Of a stretch of 64,000 nt of DNA, positions 1 to 14,200 are shown piece by piece. This DNA is from Epiperipatus broadwayi (taxonomy: Eukaryota; Animalia; Onychophora). A program made the position numbers and the translations under genes. The stretch's first letter is position 1; each line of letters starts with the position of its first letter. Below the pieces are notes generated by a model, which had not been told where the DNA came from, did not search any database, and saw only the letters and a program-made list of their open reading frames with translations. The stretch covers positions 248,001 to 312,000 of the forward strand of contig JAQFVV010000008.1 of the NCBI GenBank assembly GCA_028023455.1. The letters run 5' to 3'.

Positions 1-249
1 TATCACATAATTCTCTTAACTTATGCTTAGCATCTGCAATAAATCAATAATTAAAAATCATTACTCTGTACTAGAGTTATTTATGTAGCAATTAAAAAGT
101 GTATTAGCTTCTAACTACTGGCTTTTGCTAGTGAGAGTAATGGTTTGTACTTATTCATTCTGCAGTCATCTACTTTTATTTTATTTAACATTAAGGTGCT
201 AACTGCTTAAATAGCAGGAAAAAATAAATGTGCTATTTTATTGCTCCCA

Positions 250-1200
250 TAAATAAGGGCCAATCATCAGATACTTATCTGAAATTTTATTTGTGCTACC
301 ATTTGATGTTTCTAAATTACTCATGCTTAAATAGATGACTATAGATACTACTGTTAATGCAAATATTAAACGTAAGTTAGGAAATCATATGAGGTGGTTT
401 TCTTGGGTGTAAATTATTATTTTTTGGAAACATAATCTTTAGTATTTAACATTAGCAAAAGAAGCATGGTATTGAAATATAATTGCTTATCTATTGTCAA
501 AACTACATAACTATACAATAAAATGGATTCAAAACGTTATGGTGATGGCATCTTTCAAGCCATTGGTTTAAATATAATGGAAGAACTAAATTTGGTTGTT
601 ATATGAATATATGACAAATGCCAATGGATATAAATTAGTTTTAAAAGGTAGTTGGTATATGATAGCTGATTCTAGAGTAGAATTTTGGTTGGCATATGGT
701 AAATAATTCTTGACTAGAGTTAATTACCACTGATAATGAAATCAACTATTTATTATTAAAATTTATTAAGGGTGTTAATGTTAAGTACACATAAATGTTA
801 AATCTGACTTTTATAATCACCTGGTTTATTATGTTATAAACAAAAAGAAAACAAAATTATAATTTCTTTTTGGAAGAATATAATTTGCATTTCCTGACTT
901 AGATTTAATAGTTGAATTTCAAGTTAATATTTTCAAATAAAACAAATAAAATTATAGCTTACTTCAATTTATGGTTACTCATGTTTAAGAGCTTGGCCCA
1001 ACTGATGAAGATTATTTAAAGCTAGTACTATAAGCTTTCAAAATAATTCAGAAGTTGAATTTGTTTTTTCCAAATATGTAATCTTTATGAAATCTAGCTA
1101 TTATCAGATAGTGGATAAAGGTATTAATTTGTGTTGATCATATAAATATTAATGTACTGATTATAAAACAGTATTACAAATATATGACTTTGGCCAATAA
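250..1200 (+). mobile_element. Highly degenerate Gypsy-like pol remnant (RNase H to integrase)
   Basis: Frameshifted fragments in Gypsy order: VLPFDVSK..., FLGCKL.., ...FFWKNI-like zinc-binding region, VNIFK*NK*NY (cf. VDIF..NGKNY) and LLSDSG (cf. IISDNG). Confidence 0.45.
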
Positions 1201-3256
1201 AGGATGAGACTTTAACTTCTTTCTTATGCATAGCACTTCAATAATAATAGCTTTCAATTTTTTGCTTAGTCATGTTTGCAAAATATACAAAAAAAAACCT
1301 TGCTATCCCCATGTTTTACATAAGAATGTAGATGATGTTCTATAGTTTTTAACAACAACAAAAAAAAAAATGGCAATATAGAGAAATTTACCTATATATA
1401 ATGCTAGTTTTCATATTTATTATATTTTTTTAAATAATTATACTATTGTTATGAGCAATCTAGAAATGCCAAATGATAATTACTAATCTAATCATTATAT
1501 AATATAGTCTTACTTTTTGGATTAAAACCAGAAATGTGCAGATAATTATAGAATCACATTTATCCTGATAGGTGGAAAAGTCAATGGGACTGGAGACTTT
1601 AAATTTATAACTGTTTGCTATCTTACTCCAATAATTATTTATGATATTGACATCTGTTCAAATACTACTCATTGCATGATCCCGAATAGAATTTTATGGT
1701 AAATTGATCTGTAACTACACAGATACAAACCTAGTGTCAAATCTATATAACTATATAAACAAATCATAAAATTGATTTGTTTATATAGTTTTAGCTTAGA
1801 TAATATAGTAGTTGTAAAACATACTACATGATGCAAATCTCATTCTTAACTATGAAGATTATAGAACAATGAATTTATCAGGTAGCTAAGGAACTATCAA
1901 GAATTTATACTTGAAAAACAATTTAGATTTAGCATGGTTAAAGCAGTAATTGGCCACTGATGATCCACACATCACGAGTGATCTGCAAATGCATTTGCGA
2001 TGATATTTCAATGGATTTATATTTTATCAATAGTTATTTATTTTATTACTTAATATTTAATGTAAATATTAATTTTACTCTGATGTTTATAGTTAAATTT
2101 TTAACATATGTAACCATAAGTTTTACATGTTTGAACTAATTTTTATTTTTTTAATCGATTTGATAAAAAAATAAAATGCTTTTCTACAAAGTATTTTCAT
2201 TACTTTTTATGAGTTAAATTTGCATTAAAAGAATAATATACTCTTTATCTTCACATGCATATTCATAATAAATATAAATTTTGTCAAAAATCATCACTTT
2301 ACATTGTTGATTTGTTTATTTAATCCATGAATATAGAGAATAAAAGGTTTTAATCATTGGGTTAGAGATGCTAATGTACTAAGGATGATTACTATTGAAA
2401 TACATAGAAAAGAAAAACAATCTCAGAAAAGCTATTTTGTTTGTTATTTTAAATAAGATATACATAGTTGGTGAAATAATTATTAAAAAGTATATAATAA
2501 ATGAAAAGATATGAATGAAGTTAGCATTAGAAGTTAGAAAATTCAATATATCAGATTTCTTATCAATATGATAATGCTTAAAGATAGTAAAACTAGCTTA
2601 ATAAATGTTGAAGAATATGATATAAATAAATACAACTAAGACTAAAACCAAGAACATAGACGATGATAATAATGAATTAAAAATGGTAGTTAATAAATTG
2701 TAAAGCAAGATAGTGACTTAAAGAAGTTGCTTAATTATTGATGGAAGTAGTAAAAATTACAATAGCTAATAAGCAAATGTAATTTGTAAGATTCTTAAAT
2801 ATCATTTTAATAGTAAGAGACAAAAAGTCACTTTAATCTCCTAGAAGCCAATGATATAAAGATTCAACATCCTAAACTTTTTAGCTCTTAATACATGGCT
2901 ATCTTACTATAAAAGTCTGGCAATTGCTAACTTTCATTATACATTAACCATAGCACATTTGACCAATTGGCAAAAAGATACTATATATCAAATAGTATAA
3001 CTCCTAAGTCACATTTAACATTTGCAATAATGATAATAATCCACACTACATTATTAAACATGTAGCTACACAGGCATATAAGCTGAATTCAACACTTTAG
3101 GAAAACAAACTTCTGCAGTAGCTGGAATATAAAAGGCAAAGGTCAATATAGAATGGTTACACAATTCAAAGATCCACAATTAAAAAAAATCAATATCAAA
3201 TACTAATCTTGGGATCTGGTTGGCCTTACCAAATAGTGACCAATGATTATTCTACT

Positions 3257-3322
3257 TTTATAGATGGCAATAAAATAGAATATTGTTTTCTTATAGATTA
3301 TGGTTCTGCTGCAGATATTTAG
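3257..3322 (+). mobile_element. Retropepsin-like aspartic protease motif, LTR retrotransposon remnant
   Basis: FIDGNKIEYCFLIDYGSAADI* resembles the FLIDTG(S/A) active-site motif; short and isolated. Confidence 0.35.
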
Positions 3323-3379
3323 CATATAATTGATATCATCAAAAAATAAATAGTTTGATTTAGTGTAAGCCCTACATAA

Positions 3380-3817
3380 GACAATAAAGCCAATTACTCA
3401 AGGCTTTAATCAAGGCAATCTTTATTGCTAAAGGAGATTGCATTAACTACAGGCTGAGATTGCTTATCATCTACATTTGTTGCCTTAACTACAGGTTGAG
3501 ATTATTCATAGCTTAAGAGTTGATTGTTATCACCTACATTTATAAAACCTATTGAAGTCTCGAGTAATTGGCTTTATTGTCTTAGTAAATGTATACTTTA
3601 CATGAAAATTGGAAACTATAAATGACTATTTATTAGTCTGCTTTCAGAACAGATTATATTTTCCTGATTAATGAGATTTCTTTAAACTTCTTTGCATTAT
3701 TAATCTCACACTTTGATCAAATTGCAATCTTTAGTCTCTATATAACCATATCAGACCATATATAAAGGTGGTATCAATGTTATTGTGTTGCCTTGACTAC
3801 AGGTTGAGATTGGTGAC
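3380..3817. repeat. Patchwork insertion with inverted and direct internal repeats, flanked by a 12-bp direct repeat
   Basis: AGCCCTACATAA at 3368-3379 and 3818-3829; 23-bp inverted repeat at 3377-3399/3562-3584; three copies of ACTACAGG(C/T)TGAGATT. Confidence 0.6.
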
Positions 3818-6482
3818 AGCCCTACATAACAAAACTCATATACTTATGTTCAAAACCTTAGGGTATTGGATCTTATTTAAAATATTAGTTTAATCTTTTC
3901 GTTTCTTGGCAGCCATATTGAATTTTTGGAAACTTTGATTTAATACATATTTTTTATAATTTCACTTTGCATTATGTAAAAGTCAAATTGGTATATGTTA
4001 TCAGAAAGGTAATATATCAAGGAATATAATAAAGCTGAAAAAATATATTTATTCAAAATGGTAAAAAATAAGATTTTCATATTTTTAAAAATTATTATTT
4101 TTATATTTCTTCACAAATACCAAAAATTTAACAGATAAATATTAAAATTATATTTTTAATAGTAGGCTCATTAAATTCCTTACATAATTTCCAATGAAAC
4201 GGTATATTACATGAGTTACTTAAGATAGTCCATCATTCCAAAATATCAAAAAATAATGACACTGATATTTTTTATTTTTCTAGAAATCCTATAGCTATTT
4301 CTTCCTTGTTAGGTATCTGTATAATCAATGAAGAGAAAGTGATAGAGAAGAAAAAGTCTAAAATAGTCTTTAGGTACAATATATATGAAGGTAAACAGAA
4401 AATACAAAAGTTTAGATTTAGTGCAATATGGAATACAATAGTAATGCTATTTTCATAGTCTGTCATGCTTTTCATCTGATGAAAAAGATTTTAATGTTAG
4501 GTAAAGTCCATCTAAAGTATAAATGAAGTCATTACTGTAAAATGATTGTTTACAAGTAATTAAATGTTATTGCAACTATGCAGCAAAAGAATAAACATAA
4601 AAATATTGATGTAACTTATCTATTAGAATTATTCATGACTCCTCATCTGATCACAAGGTCAAAGCAGCAATACAGGAAGATGTTGTAGAAACTGACATTT
4701 ATCAATTACATCTGAAAAAAACTAAGCGAGTTGAAGTTTGAAGAAATACATTACCTATTTCAGTTGATAAACAATAAAGTAGTTTCTGAACATTTGGTTG
4801 TGTCTAATCATCACTCTATAGTCAATAAAAGTTTGAAGCCTTTTTTCTAAGCAGGCAGCACAGTATTTTCCTTTTTGAATATTATGAAATAACTAAGAGC
4901 ACAGCTTGAGTAACAAGAAATCAGAAGTTGTATTTTTTATCTATAAAAAACTATATGGCACACATGGCCATTATGACTATCTGCACAGATTTATAATTTG
5001 AACCCAGTTCACAACAGCTATCTGCCACAGATCCATCATTTGAAATCTCTTCACTCATTTTGAGTGATCATATTATTTCATGCTACTGTAATTGTAAATT
5101 TTTTAAGTTTTATCAATTATACACAGCTCTACAGTTTACATCGCAATGATCATGTTTATATATATAATTGTGGTCACACATACATACATAAATGAACTAA
5201 ATTTTATTGCAATTTTTACTTTTAATATTTGACTCTTTTTTTTAGCATTAAAATTTAGACAAGAAAATATATGAAAAGAATATCACAAATGATTTTCCCA
5301 TCTACTTTTCTATAAAATAATAACCAGAAAAAAAAAAAAAGACTTAAAGAGTGGTTGAAAATCTTGTAATAGTGTTCAGTTGTAATCTTTCTAATTCATC
5401 AAGAAAAAAGATCATGCAATAAAGACAATATATTTATGATCAAAGATGACTTGTTAATTCTTTTTATTTATTTAGACATTATAATAATTATTACTTTTAA
5501 GAAATCATTAGCAAAAATTACGAGAGAAGCTTAGTTTGTCAGTTCATGAGATGAAATCAGGGTCAATACTTGAATCAGTTGAATAATCTATTATTCACAG
5601 CTATAAATTTCTCAATAAACATTAAAATATAATAATAATAAAAATGAAAAAAAAAGTAAATCATCATAAAATCATTATTTTTTAATTGTAGAGAAATGAA
5701 AGGAAAACATCCGCTGAATTGAATGAAGCAAAATATGCATGTTTTTCACGTTATTGTAAGTTGAAGCCAACAGTCAGTAATTTCAAGATATAAACCTGCA
5801 ATTTGCAAGCAAATAAATGAAATTGTTAAACAGTATATACTGTATGGATATGAACAATCAATTGCTCTTAATGAAAACCAATAACCAGAAATTAATTTGA
5901 GGACTATTTCACACTACCATAATCTGATGTCTATTATCAATGCTTATAAAGATGTCTTTACCTTACAGTAACATAGAATGAATTGTACCTAATAATTTAG
6001 AAAGATTTGTAAAAAGTTATTGTTTAGGTGGATTCATTCTATTCTTGATTTGTTCAACATTTAGAGTGTTTTTTAAGTTATAGCCTGGCAAGGGTGATTT
6101 ACTCCACTTGTTTACATATACATTAAGCTATGTTTAATTTAAAGTTTAAAAAGTTTTGATTTAAATCTATCCTTATACTAACTGTTTCGTGCCAATTGAC
6201 TGGTCAAGACGGCTTTTTTTAGAATTTTGACCAATGAGAATTTAAATTTATATAGTGTACAATTGGCAATGGGCACACACGTGTAATACATCGTTATCTT
6301 CTTCACAGACTTGGCTTTCTAACAGTGGTTTTTTTTTTTTATCAAATGAAAATTGTATTTTCTATTAATGTTTTAGTAAAAGAAGTTTTTCACTTTTTTT
6401 GTTTTTCATTTTTTTCAACATCATGAAAAAGAATCAAGTGATTTATTACTTCCAAAAATAAAACAATTATATATCAGGATGC

Positions 6483-6502
6483 ATATATATATATATATAT
6501 AT
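6483..6502. repeat. (AT)n microsatellite
   Basis: Ten AT units read directly. Confidence 0.9.
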
Positions 6503-7475
6503 GAGTCCCAGGGTTTATAAACTAAAACAACTTAGTTTTTAAAAAAAATGTTAATAGTAATACTTTTTATTATCTTTAATTATATATTTTTCATATGTTT
6601 TTTTATATAAATAATTTATAATAATGTAAAACATTTATTTGTTTCAGTGTTATTGAATAAGAAACCCATTTGTGCTGCTATGCATATATACCTAACTCCT
6701 TGGCTTTAGAAATTAATCAATTGTCAATATGAAAAATTGAAAGTAAATAATATTTTTTTATGTTTTTTTTATATAAATAACTAATAATGGTTTGTTTATG
6801 CTCAAATATAAGTTTGTTTTATATTCCAATACATATATATGTGTACCTCTTTGCGTTTTCTGCCTACTCTATAAGCAATTTTATTTCTATATTTTTCCAA
6901 CCTAATTATTAAAAATATTATATTTTTTTGTAAGTAATGATTATAATGAAAAATCAAATATATTTCATTATCATATTTTTTGCTGCAAGCAGTATCTCAT
7001 ACATCTGTTGAGTGTGTACCTGAATCATATATCTTTGTCATCTACACATAAGCAATTATTTCATTTTTTTGCAATGTACAGATATTTTTTCTACTTTTTT
7101 ATATAAATATTATAATTTTTTTGCAAGTTATGCTTCTAATCATATTTATTATAACAATTGATCATAAATTTCCCTAAGATAGAGCCATCTAACAGTAAGC
7201 TATTAGGAATTTTCACAAAGGCAAAATATAAGACAAGCACCAAATTTTTTCACTATTTTTATTAATATTTTATATTGTGCTAAATTGAAAAAATTATTTT
7301 CATGTTTATCATGAATAAAAATGTGACAAACATGTACTCTGAAAAAACTTTAGTCTTTTATCCTGTCACTTTTTCTCTTTGCTCTTTTATATGTATTATA
7401 TATTAATATTTTTGCAATTATTTTGAAATTAGTTTAATTTCTTGAAGAAATTACAGTTTACTAAAGTTCTCTTTA

Positions 7476-8098
7476 ATAGTGATATTAGCGATTAAGCCAA
7501 TGCTCATGCGCTTTCCAAATGAATTATAAATGAATACTCTCATTTTCCCACACAAGATATAGTTTTTAGAAAAGATGGAATGAATCCACCCATCCTTTCG
7601 ACCCAAACATTTATATATGGACAAATCTTAAGCATATGGTAATGAGAGCGTGAAGATGTTAAGCAATTCATTTATAATTTATCTTTAAAGTGCATGTGCA
7701 TTGGCTTAAACGCTAATATCACTATTACAGTATAAAAACATAGCACTATATAAAATAATATCTCATTATATATGTTTAATTTCAATTAAAGAATGACATA
7801 TCATAAATTGTCAAGATTTTGCATGCGTCATTCGTTCAAGAATAATAAATGTAATTTAAAGTGATTGCTTAACATCTTCACACTCTCATTTCCATACGCT
7901 TAAGATTTGTCCATACATAAATGTTTGGGTCGAATGGATGGGTGGATTCATTCCATCTTTTCTAAAAAACTATATCTTGTGTCTGGAAAAGTGAGAGTAT
8001 TCATTTATAATTTATCTTTAAAGCGCATGTGCATTGGCTTAATCGCTAATATCACTATTACAGTATAAAAACATAGCGCTATATAAAATATCTCATTA
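7476..8098. mobile_element. Inverted-plus-tandem insertion with a 14-bp flanking direct repeat
   Basis: ~194-bp inverted arms at 7474-7667/7864-8060; 7668-7770 directly duplicates 7999-8100; TAAAGTTCTCTTTA at 7462-7475 and 8099-8112. Confidence 0.75.
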
Positions 8099-9683
8099 TA
8101 AAGTTCTCTTTATATAAAATCTGATATTACAATGCATATCTGATATATAATGCATGATATCTGATGTACAATATTTATTATTAAATTTTCTCTTTTTTTC
8201 CATTAGAAATACATTTCCAGAAAATACCTACATGGGAGGACAAAATCTGAGTCACTTAGTAAAAGGAAGTCATCAGAAAATACATATCTGAAGATTTAAT
8301 AATGAAGAATTATCTCAGGTGTCATGTAATATGCCAAATTTTTCAGAATTTTATGAAGATTGTAATGAAGCTACATACGAAAATGTGACTTTAACATTTA
8401 ACTTTCAAAATTTAGAATTTGTAAACCTATGTAAAAATAAACATTTTTAAAAGTATTAAAAATCTTTTTTTTTAAGGTAATGTTTATTTCTTCAGCTTTA
8501 TTACATACATTCATATTTGTTCTTTCTAAAAATATAAGTAATTTTACATTTAATCTATTCAAACTAAAGATATTATTCATAATATATTTTTTATTTATTT
8601 TTTTAATTCAATATGGTGTCCAGAAATTGAAGCAGTTAAGCAGAGATTTGTTTAATAAAAAATAAAATAGACATAGATTTAAAGGAAAATAAAATTAACG
8701 TAATGTTGAAAAACCTAAACAAGACTGCATAGATATAAAAATTATAAAAAATATGTTGAACCTGTAAAAAGTGAAAAAAAACGATGTAGAAGAAAGAAGT
8801 TAATTAATAAAATTTAAAAAAAATATTAGAAAAAACAAAAATATGGAGATGGTCTGAATTAATTATTAATAACATATAATAATGATGAAAGTGCAGTATT
8901 TAAGCCTGCATAAATTACACTTTCATAAAAAACATTAAAAATTTTTTTTGAAGGAATTGATACAAACTACAGTAGATGAAAAGTAAGAAAATTATATTAA
9001 CAATTCAAATTGGTAATATGTCCATAATATTAACAATCTTATATTTTTCTATATTTCTCCTTCCTAAATTTTATAAAATAAATATTAAATTCTTATTAAA
9101 ATTTGTTTTTTTTTCCCACTAATTTATTGACATAGCTGCCTTAAAAAAAAAATTTCATTTAACAGAAACTAAATAGAGAACAAAACGGATTATGGTTACA
9201 TTTTTAGGTCATGTTTTAAAACCTGTGAAAATTATAATATTGTACTAGGAATTTAAACTATATTTATTTAATTTCCCATTAGAATCAACATTTATAAATG
9301 TTAAATATTATTTATAGAAGTAAATGAGTACTAAAGTGAAGAAAAAGTAAAAAAAATGAAAGAGTTTTAAAAAAATGTCACTTTTTTCACATGTACACAT
9401 ATAAAAAAAATTTTTCAATATTGTTAAGAAGTTGATAATTATTCAGTATTCAAGAAAGTAATGGCCCAAACAAAAATTTGCATTGTTAAATTGATGTATT
9501 TTCAAAAAAATTTGGTGCTATTTGGGTTTTTATTAATTATTAAAAGCTCAAAAAAGAAAAAAGAGAATTTTATATAAATATGAATTTTTAAAACTATATT
9601 ATGATACATAATTAATTGTATACATATAATCTTCACAGCAAATAATATATAAATTTTATAATATAGTAATAACAGATATTTAC

Positions 9684-9873
9684 TTAAATAATGAATAATG
9701 TGGTGGTTCAGTAAGATCATTTGCAATTAACACTGCTACTACTAGTCCATAAATTGCAATGATACCCGCCATGACTACTGGAATGATCGATTTCATTATG
9801 AGTTCTGGTCGCATCACAGACATTGCTGCTATACCTGTTCCTGATTTTGCTGTGCCATATGCTGCACCAAGCG
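9684..9873 (-). CDS. Vha16 (ATP6V0C): V-ATPase 16 kDa proteolipid subunit c, coding exon 2 (190 nt, ends phase 2)
   Basis: A pyrimidine tract ending ...CTCCTAG acceptor, then (A)[62 protein letters not shown](K), then a GTAAAT donor. It joins exon 1 in frame (g+cg = Ala). The final exon (expected GFxHLGAG...) was not found in 1-9683. Confidence 0.98.
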
Positions 9874-10375
9874 CTAGGAGGAAGAAAAATATATATATCA
9901 GAATAAAATATGAATAAAGTAAATTTGATGAAGTAAATGTTTGGCTTAATAATTAGAACAAACTTAACTCAATGTAAACACGTTTTCCATGTTTCGTAAG
10001 AAAAGATTGGGAAAATAAAAAAAATAAATACTTATTGAATAAAAACAAGCTTAATTAATAGAGAAGTTAAAAAAAATTTAATTTTCAATTAAAATAACCC
10101 AAAATATTATCAATGAACAAAATTTCTATAAATCTTAAAAGTAAATAAAAAATTTATCAGTAAAATTTTGTATCAACATTATAATTTGTTTTAGAAAAAT
10201 AATATAAATTGATAATCATAATACAATAAGTGATGTATTTAATTTTATATAGTGACAATAGTATATATATACAATTTATAACTGTCATATTTTATGAACA
10301 GTATATTTATTTTTTTAAAAACAAGATGATATAAATTAAATAGCAAAAATTCAAGTATTACATGAAAAAATAATA

Positions 10376-12114
10376 GGTAATAGTATGAGTACTAAACCCT
10401 ACCGTTTGATGGCGCTCTTTTTTGCCCAATGCACATCAATATACCGATTCATGGGCCATCTGCTTGTTTACATAATATTACGGTAAAATATTTTTTTTGT
10501 TTTTTTTTCAACCGATTTTTAATTTTTTTTCCGTCGTCAGCCCGTCTGTTTGGTTTATATAATATTACGGTAAACCACCAAAGTTTTTTTTTTTAATCCA
10601 TCCGGGGGTTTTTTCCGTTTTTTAAATAAACAAATACTTTGTTTTTAGATGTTTTTAAATTATCAACTAACTGTCGGTTTCTTTACATAATATTATTTAC
10701 GGTAAACCAAAGTTGTTGTTTTTTCCACCTGTTTTTACTTTTTTGGGGTTCGTTTTTTTAAGAAATAAACACTTTGTTTTTAAATGGTGTTAGGGGTGTT
10801 GGTTTGCTTTGAAATTATCGATTAACGCTCTGTCGGTTTATTTACACAAAAATACGGTAACACTTTGCGGATGGTTGTTTGCTTTGAACTTATCTTTTTT
10901 TTTTTTTTTTGGTTGATGTTTTGATTTGCTGAAAGACTTCAACAATTCGGTACTTTTGAATAAACCAACACTTGGTTTTTTAGAGGGTGGAAGGGAGAGG
11001 GGTTGTTTTGATTTTGAATTGTCTTTCTTTTTTATTAATTTTTTCTATATTTTGTTTCAAATCTTTACGCTACAGAAAGATATATTATATGATAGCAAAA
11101 AGTTCTTCCTTAATTTTAAAAAAGACACAAACAGTTCATTTTTAAAAAAACACTTTTTTTTTTTAGCCGGGGGAGGTGGGGTGGTGAGGAAGGTTTGTTT
11201 TGATTTTTAATTATCGACTTCTTATTGGATTTTCTTTTTCAACATTTTATTATGTTACCGCACAGTTCTTTATTATTATTTCATATATATATATTTTTGG
11301 GTGGGGCCTTTTGAATAAACTCATAAACACTTTTTTTATTTTGGTATAATAAAATATTACCTACTTTAATTAACTGTTAATGAAACTTATCAAATATTAC
11401 CTACCTACTTTCTAATCATGTAAAAAACAACAGCTTCCCATAAGATAATTTATTGAATCAAAAATAAATGAAACTTTGGACAAGGTGTGAACCAAAACAA
11501 GTAACAAAAAAAACACCATTTTCGGGGACATAAAAAAAAAGCCAAAAGTAACATGCAAATAAAATAATAGGGAAGCCTCAAAGCTGTAAGAAAAGTAACA
11601 CGCAAATAAAATAACAGGGAAGCCTCAAAGCTGTAACGGGATTTTGGAGCGCTCGAATCAACTTCCCTCACGCGTAAACGCGCATTTGCATGCGAAATTG
11701 GAAATAATTCTGCTGAAAAGAAGAACCTTTTCAAGTTGTGTGCAGTTCAAAAGCGTAGGGAAGCGAGTGTGACAGCATGACAATTCTTAATATGGAATAC
11801 TAATTCCACTATGCTTTCTAAAAAATTTCCGACAATAAATTTTTGCAGTTTCGTCTCTTTCAAATACGGCTACCATTAAATCAGACCGTAGCAAGAGTCC
11901 AAGAGCACTCACTATTACTGTCGTAATGCAATGGGCGTAGTATTTTGTTACATAATCGTAGAATACATCGCCCTCAGGCGGCCTGTTACGGCTAAAAAAA
12001 AACACCTATTGTAGTATCAGCCGTAAATTAAGGCCGCTAAAATGGTATATTGATGTGCGTTTTGTGAAAAATGACGCTATCAGGCTAAGGGGTTCAGTGT
12101 TCATACTTATTACA
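10376..12114. mobile_element. Non-autonomous TIR element, family E copy 1 (superfamily unassigned)
   Basis: Degenerate ~70-bp TIRs (GGTAATAGTATGAG..GATGGCGCT..GCACATCAATATACC); four subterminal TACGGTAA motifs in ACATAATATTACGGTAAA-like context; CpG-rich relative to the flanks; no transposase ORF. Confidence 0.75.
11544..11636. repeat. 47-bp tandem duplication inside element E1
   Basis: AAAAGTAACA(T/C)GCAAATAAAATAA(T/C)AGGGAAGCCTCAAAGCTGTAA occurs twice. Confidence 0.9.
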
Positions 12115-14059
12115 ATATAAACCACAATAGAAAATTCACGTTTAACTTTAAAAAAAAAATGAAGCCAATTTATATCATCTTACCCTTCCCGTCCCATAAT
12201 TTTCCTACATAGCAATTATAGAGAAAATATTTTTCATTAAGAAAGTGAATGCTTAGGGCAGATATGTACTCATTTAAATACTAAATCCTCTACAAAAATT
12301 AAATTCGCAAGCAGTTGTTAATATTGTATTCTTAAAATAACAATGCCAAAGTAAAAATCTACTACTAAGACATACTACATAAAATATCACAAATGAATAA
12401 ATTGGCTAGACATGCATAAAGTCTTACTTATGTCATAAGGGACATATAATTATCTTCCAAAAAAAAAAAAAAAAAGTATGATAAATGATAGAACCACATA
12501 CCAATATGGTAAAAAAAAAAATAAGGTTTTTTTATTTTTTGTAAATAAACATCAAAATAATGTATTTAACAATATTTAACAATCAATTAAACCAATACAT
12601 TATTATTATAAAAGACTCATAAGTGTGAGCAATATAAGCATTCACTAAAAAAATTTAATTAACAATGAGGAGTCCAAATGATTGACAAACACAATAATAT
12701 AAAAAGCAAGCAGTGTAATTTATAAAAAAGTATTGTTAACAATAAATCCAAAAAAAATTCAAAATGTATTCGTGTATGAGAAAAATGAAAAAGCAGACAT
12801 TAAAAAAAAAAAAATACATAGATGAAAATATTTACTAATGCCAGATATTTAACATGCACAACACAAAAAGGGGGCTATGTAATCCATTAGAAAATAAATG
12901 ATGGCAATAAATCCGTAAGAAATTAAATTCCAATAAAGCTGCCAATATTAGAAAAAAATGAAAGTTTATGGATATGACATCCATCTTTTTCATTTCCCAT
13001 CAATTTATTGCCTTCAATTATCTTCTTATGGATTATAAAACTTCCTTTTTCTCCTGTGTTTATTCAATTTTACTTGTCATTAATGTATGTTTTAATCTAA
13101 ATAGCTTTTATGGTGTCTTCACTTTATTTTCTCATGTATGAATACATTTTTGGAACTTAATTTCCTATGGATTTATTATCGTCAATTGCTTTCTTCAATC
13201 CATGGATTAGTTTTACAATTTGATTTGTTATGGAGCTAAATTTTGTTTCATAATTAATATAATTTCTTATGGAATATGTATATTGCTCACACTTAATGTA
13301 TTTATTTCATAATCATTGTGCATTGGATTGACTGATAAATATTTTTTAAATAATATATTTTACTTTCAGGTTTTTAATCATTTGTTATTTACATGTTTTT
13401 TTTAAATTTTTAATGAAAAATATGAAACCAATTGTGTTTTTTTTTTTTTTGATCTTTGTTTTATTGATATTAGATGATTGCTTAATACACTCTATTGATA
13501 ATGAAAATTCTTTATAATGAAGGCAATAAAAAAATCACAGCGTGTTCTAAAAAATAAAAAACATAGCAATGGAGATGGTTAATACTTAGAGTAAAAAAAT
13601 TTTTTTAACATTCAAATAACTTTTTATTATTTTTTATTTTTGCAAAATATAAATTTGTAAAATTTTTGTGAAAATAGGTAGTTTAATTTTACTGAAATTA
13701 GATAAATACACAATATCATAAAGTTTTCAGTCTATTGCATATTTTAAAGTATTTATAGGAATGTGCACAATTTTCATTAGAGAACTACAAACTTTCAACA
13801 ATACATTTTATATGCATGACCAACATAATCAGCAATTTGTCATACTTAAATTCGTAATTCAAGAAAAAATAGTGCTACATAATATGGCAAAATTTATTTT
13901 AATTTACAACTATTTCCAACATTTTAATAAGATCTGCAAAAGATTTTCAGTATTGTAATTTTGTTCCTAACATAAACCATTTCATTAATATATAGATGTA
14001 GAGCTTAGAAAAACAATAGAACATTCTTTAAGCAACACTAAATCAGTTTCGTTTAATCC

Positions 14060-14200
14060 CATTAACACAAGTACGCAAATGTCTCTTCATATAAATTTGT
14101 GATTGAATAATTAAATGGACTAATATTTATCTCATTAACACAAGTACGCAAATGTCTCTTCATATAAATTTGTGATTGAATAATTAAATGGACTAATATT
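14060..14200. repeat. Tandem duplication, period 73 bp
   Basis: CATTAACACAAGTACGCAAATG...GGACTAATATT is repeated identically. Confidence 0.95.

Noticed and set aside
1-9683. Vha16 exon 3
   Set aside because: No minus-strand GFxHLGAG, GDAGVRG or QQPRLFVGM coding sequence was found; it is presumed to lie left of the window.
12184-12204. 21-nt in-frame microexon for Vha16 (GKLWDGK)
   Set aside because: The acceptor tract is weak, and inclusion would put charged residues into the first transmembrane helix of a highly conserved protein.
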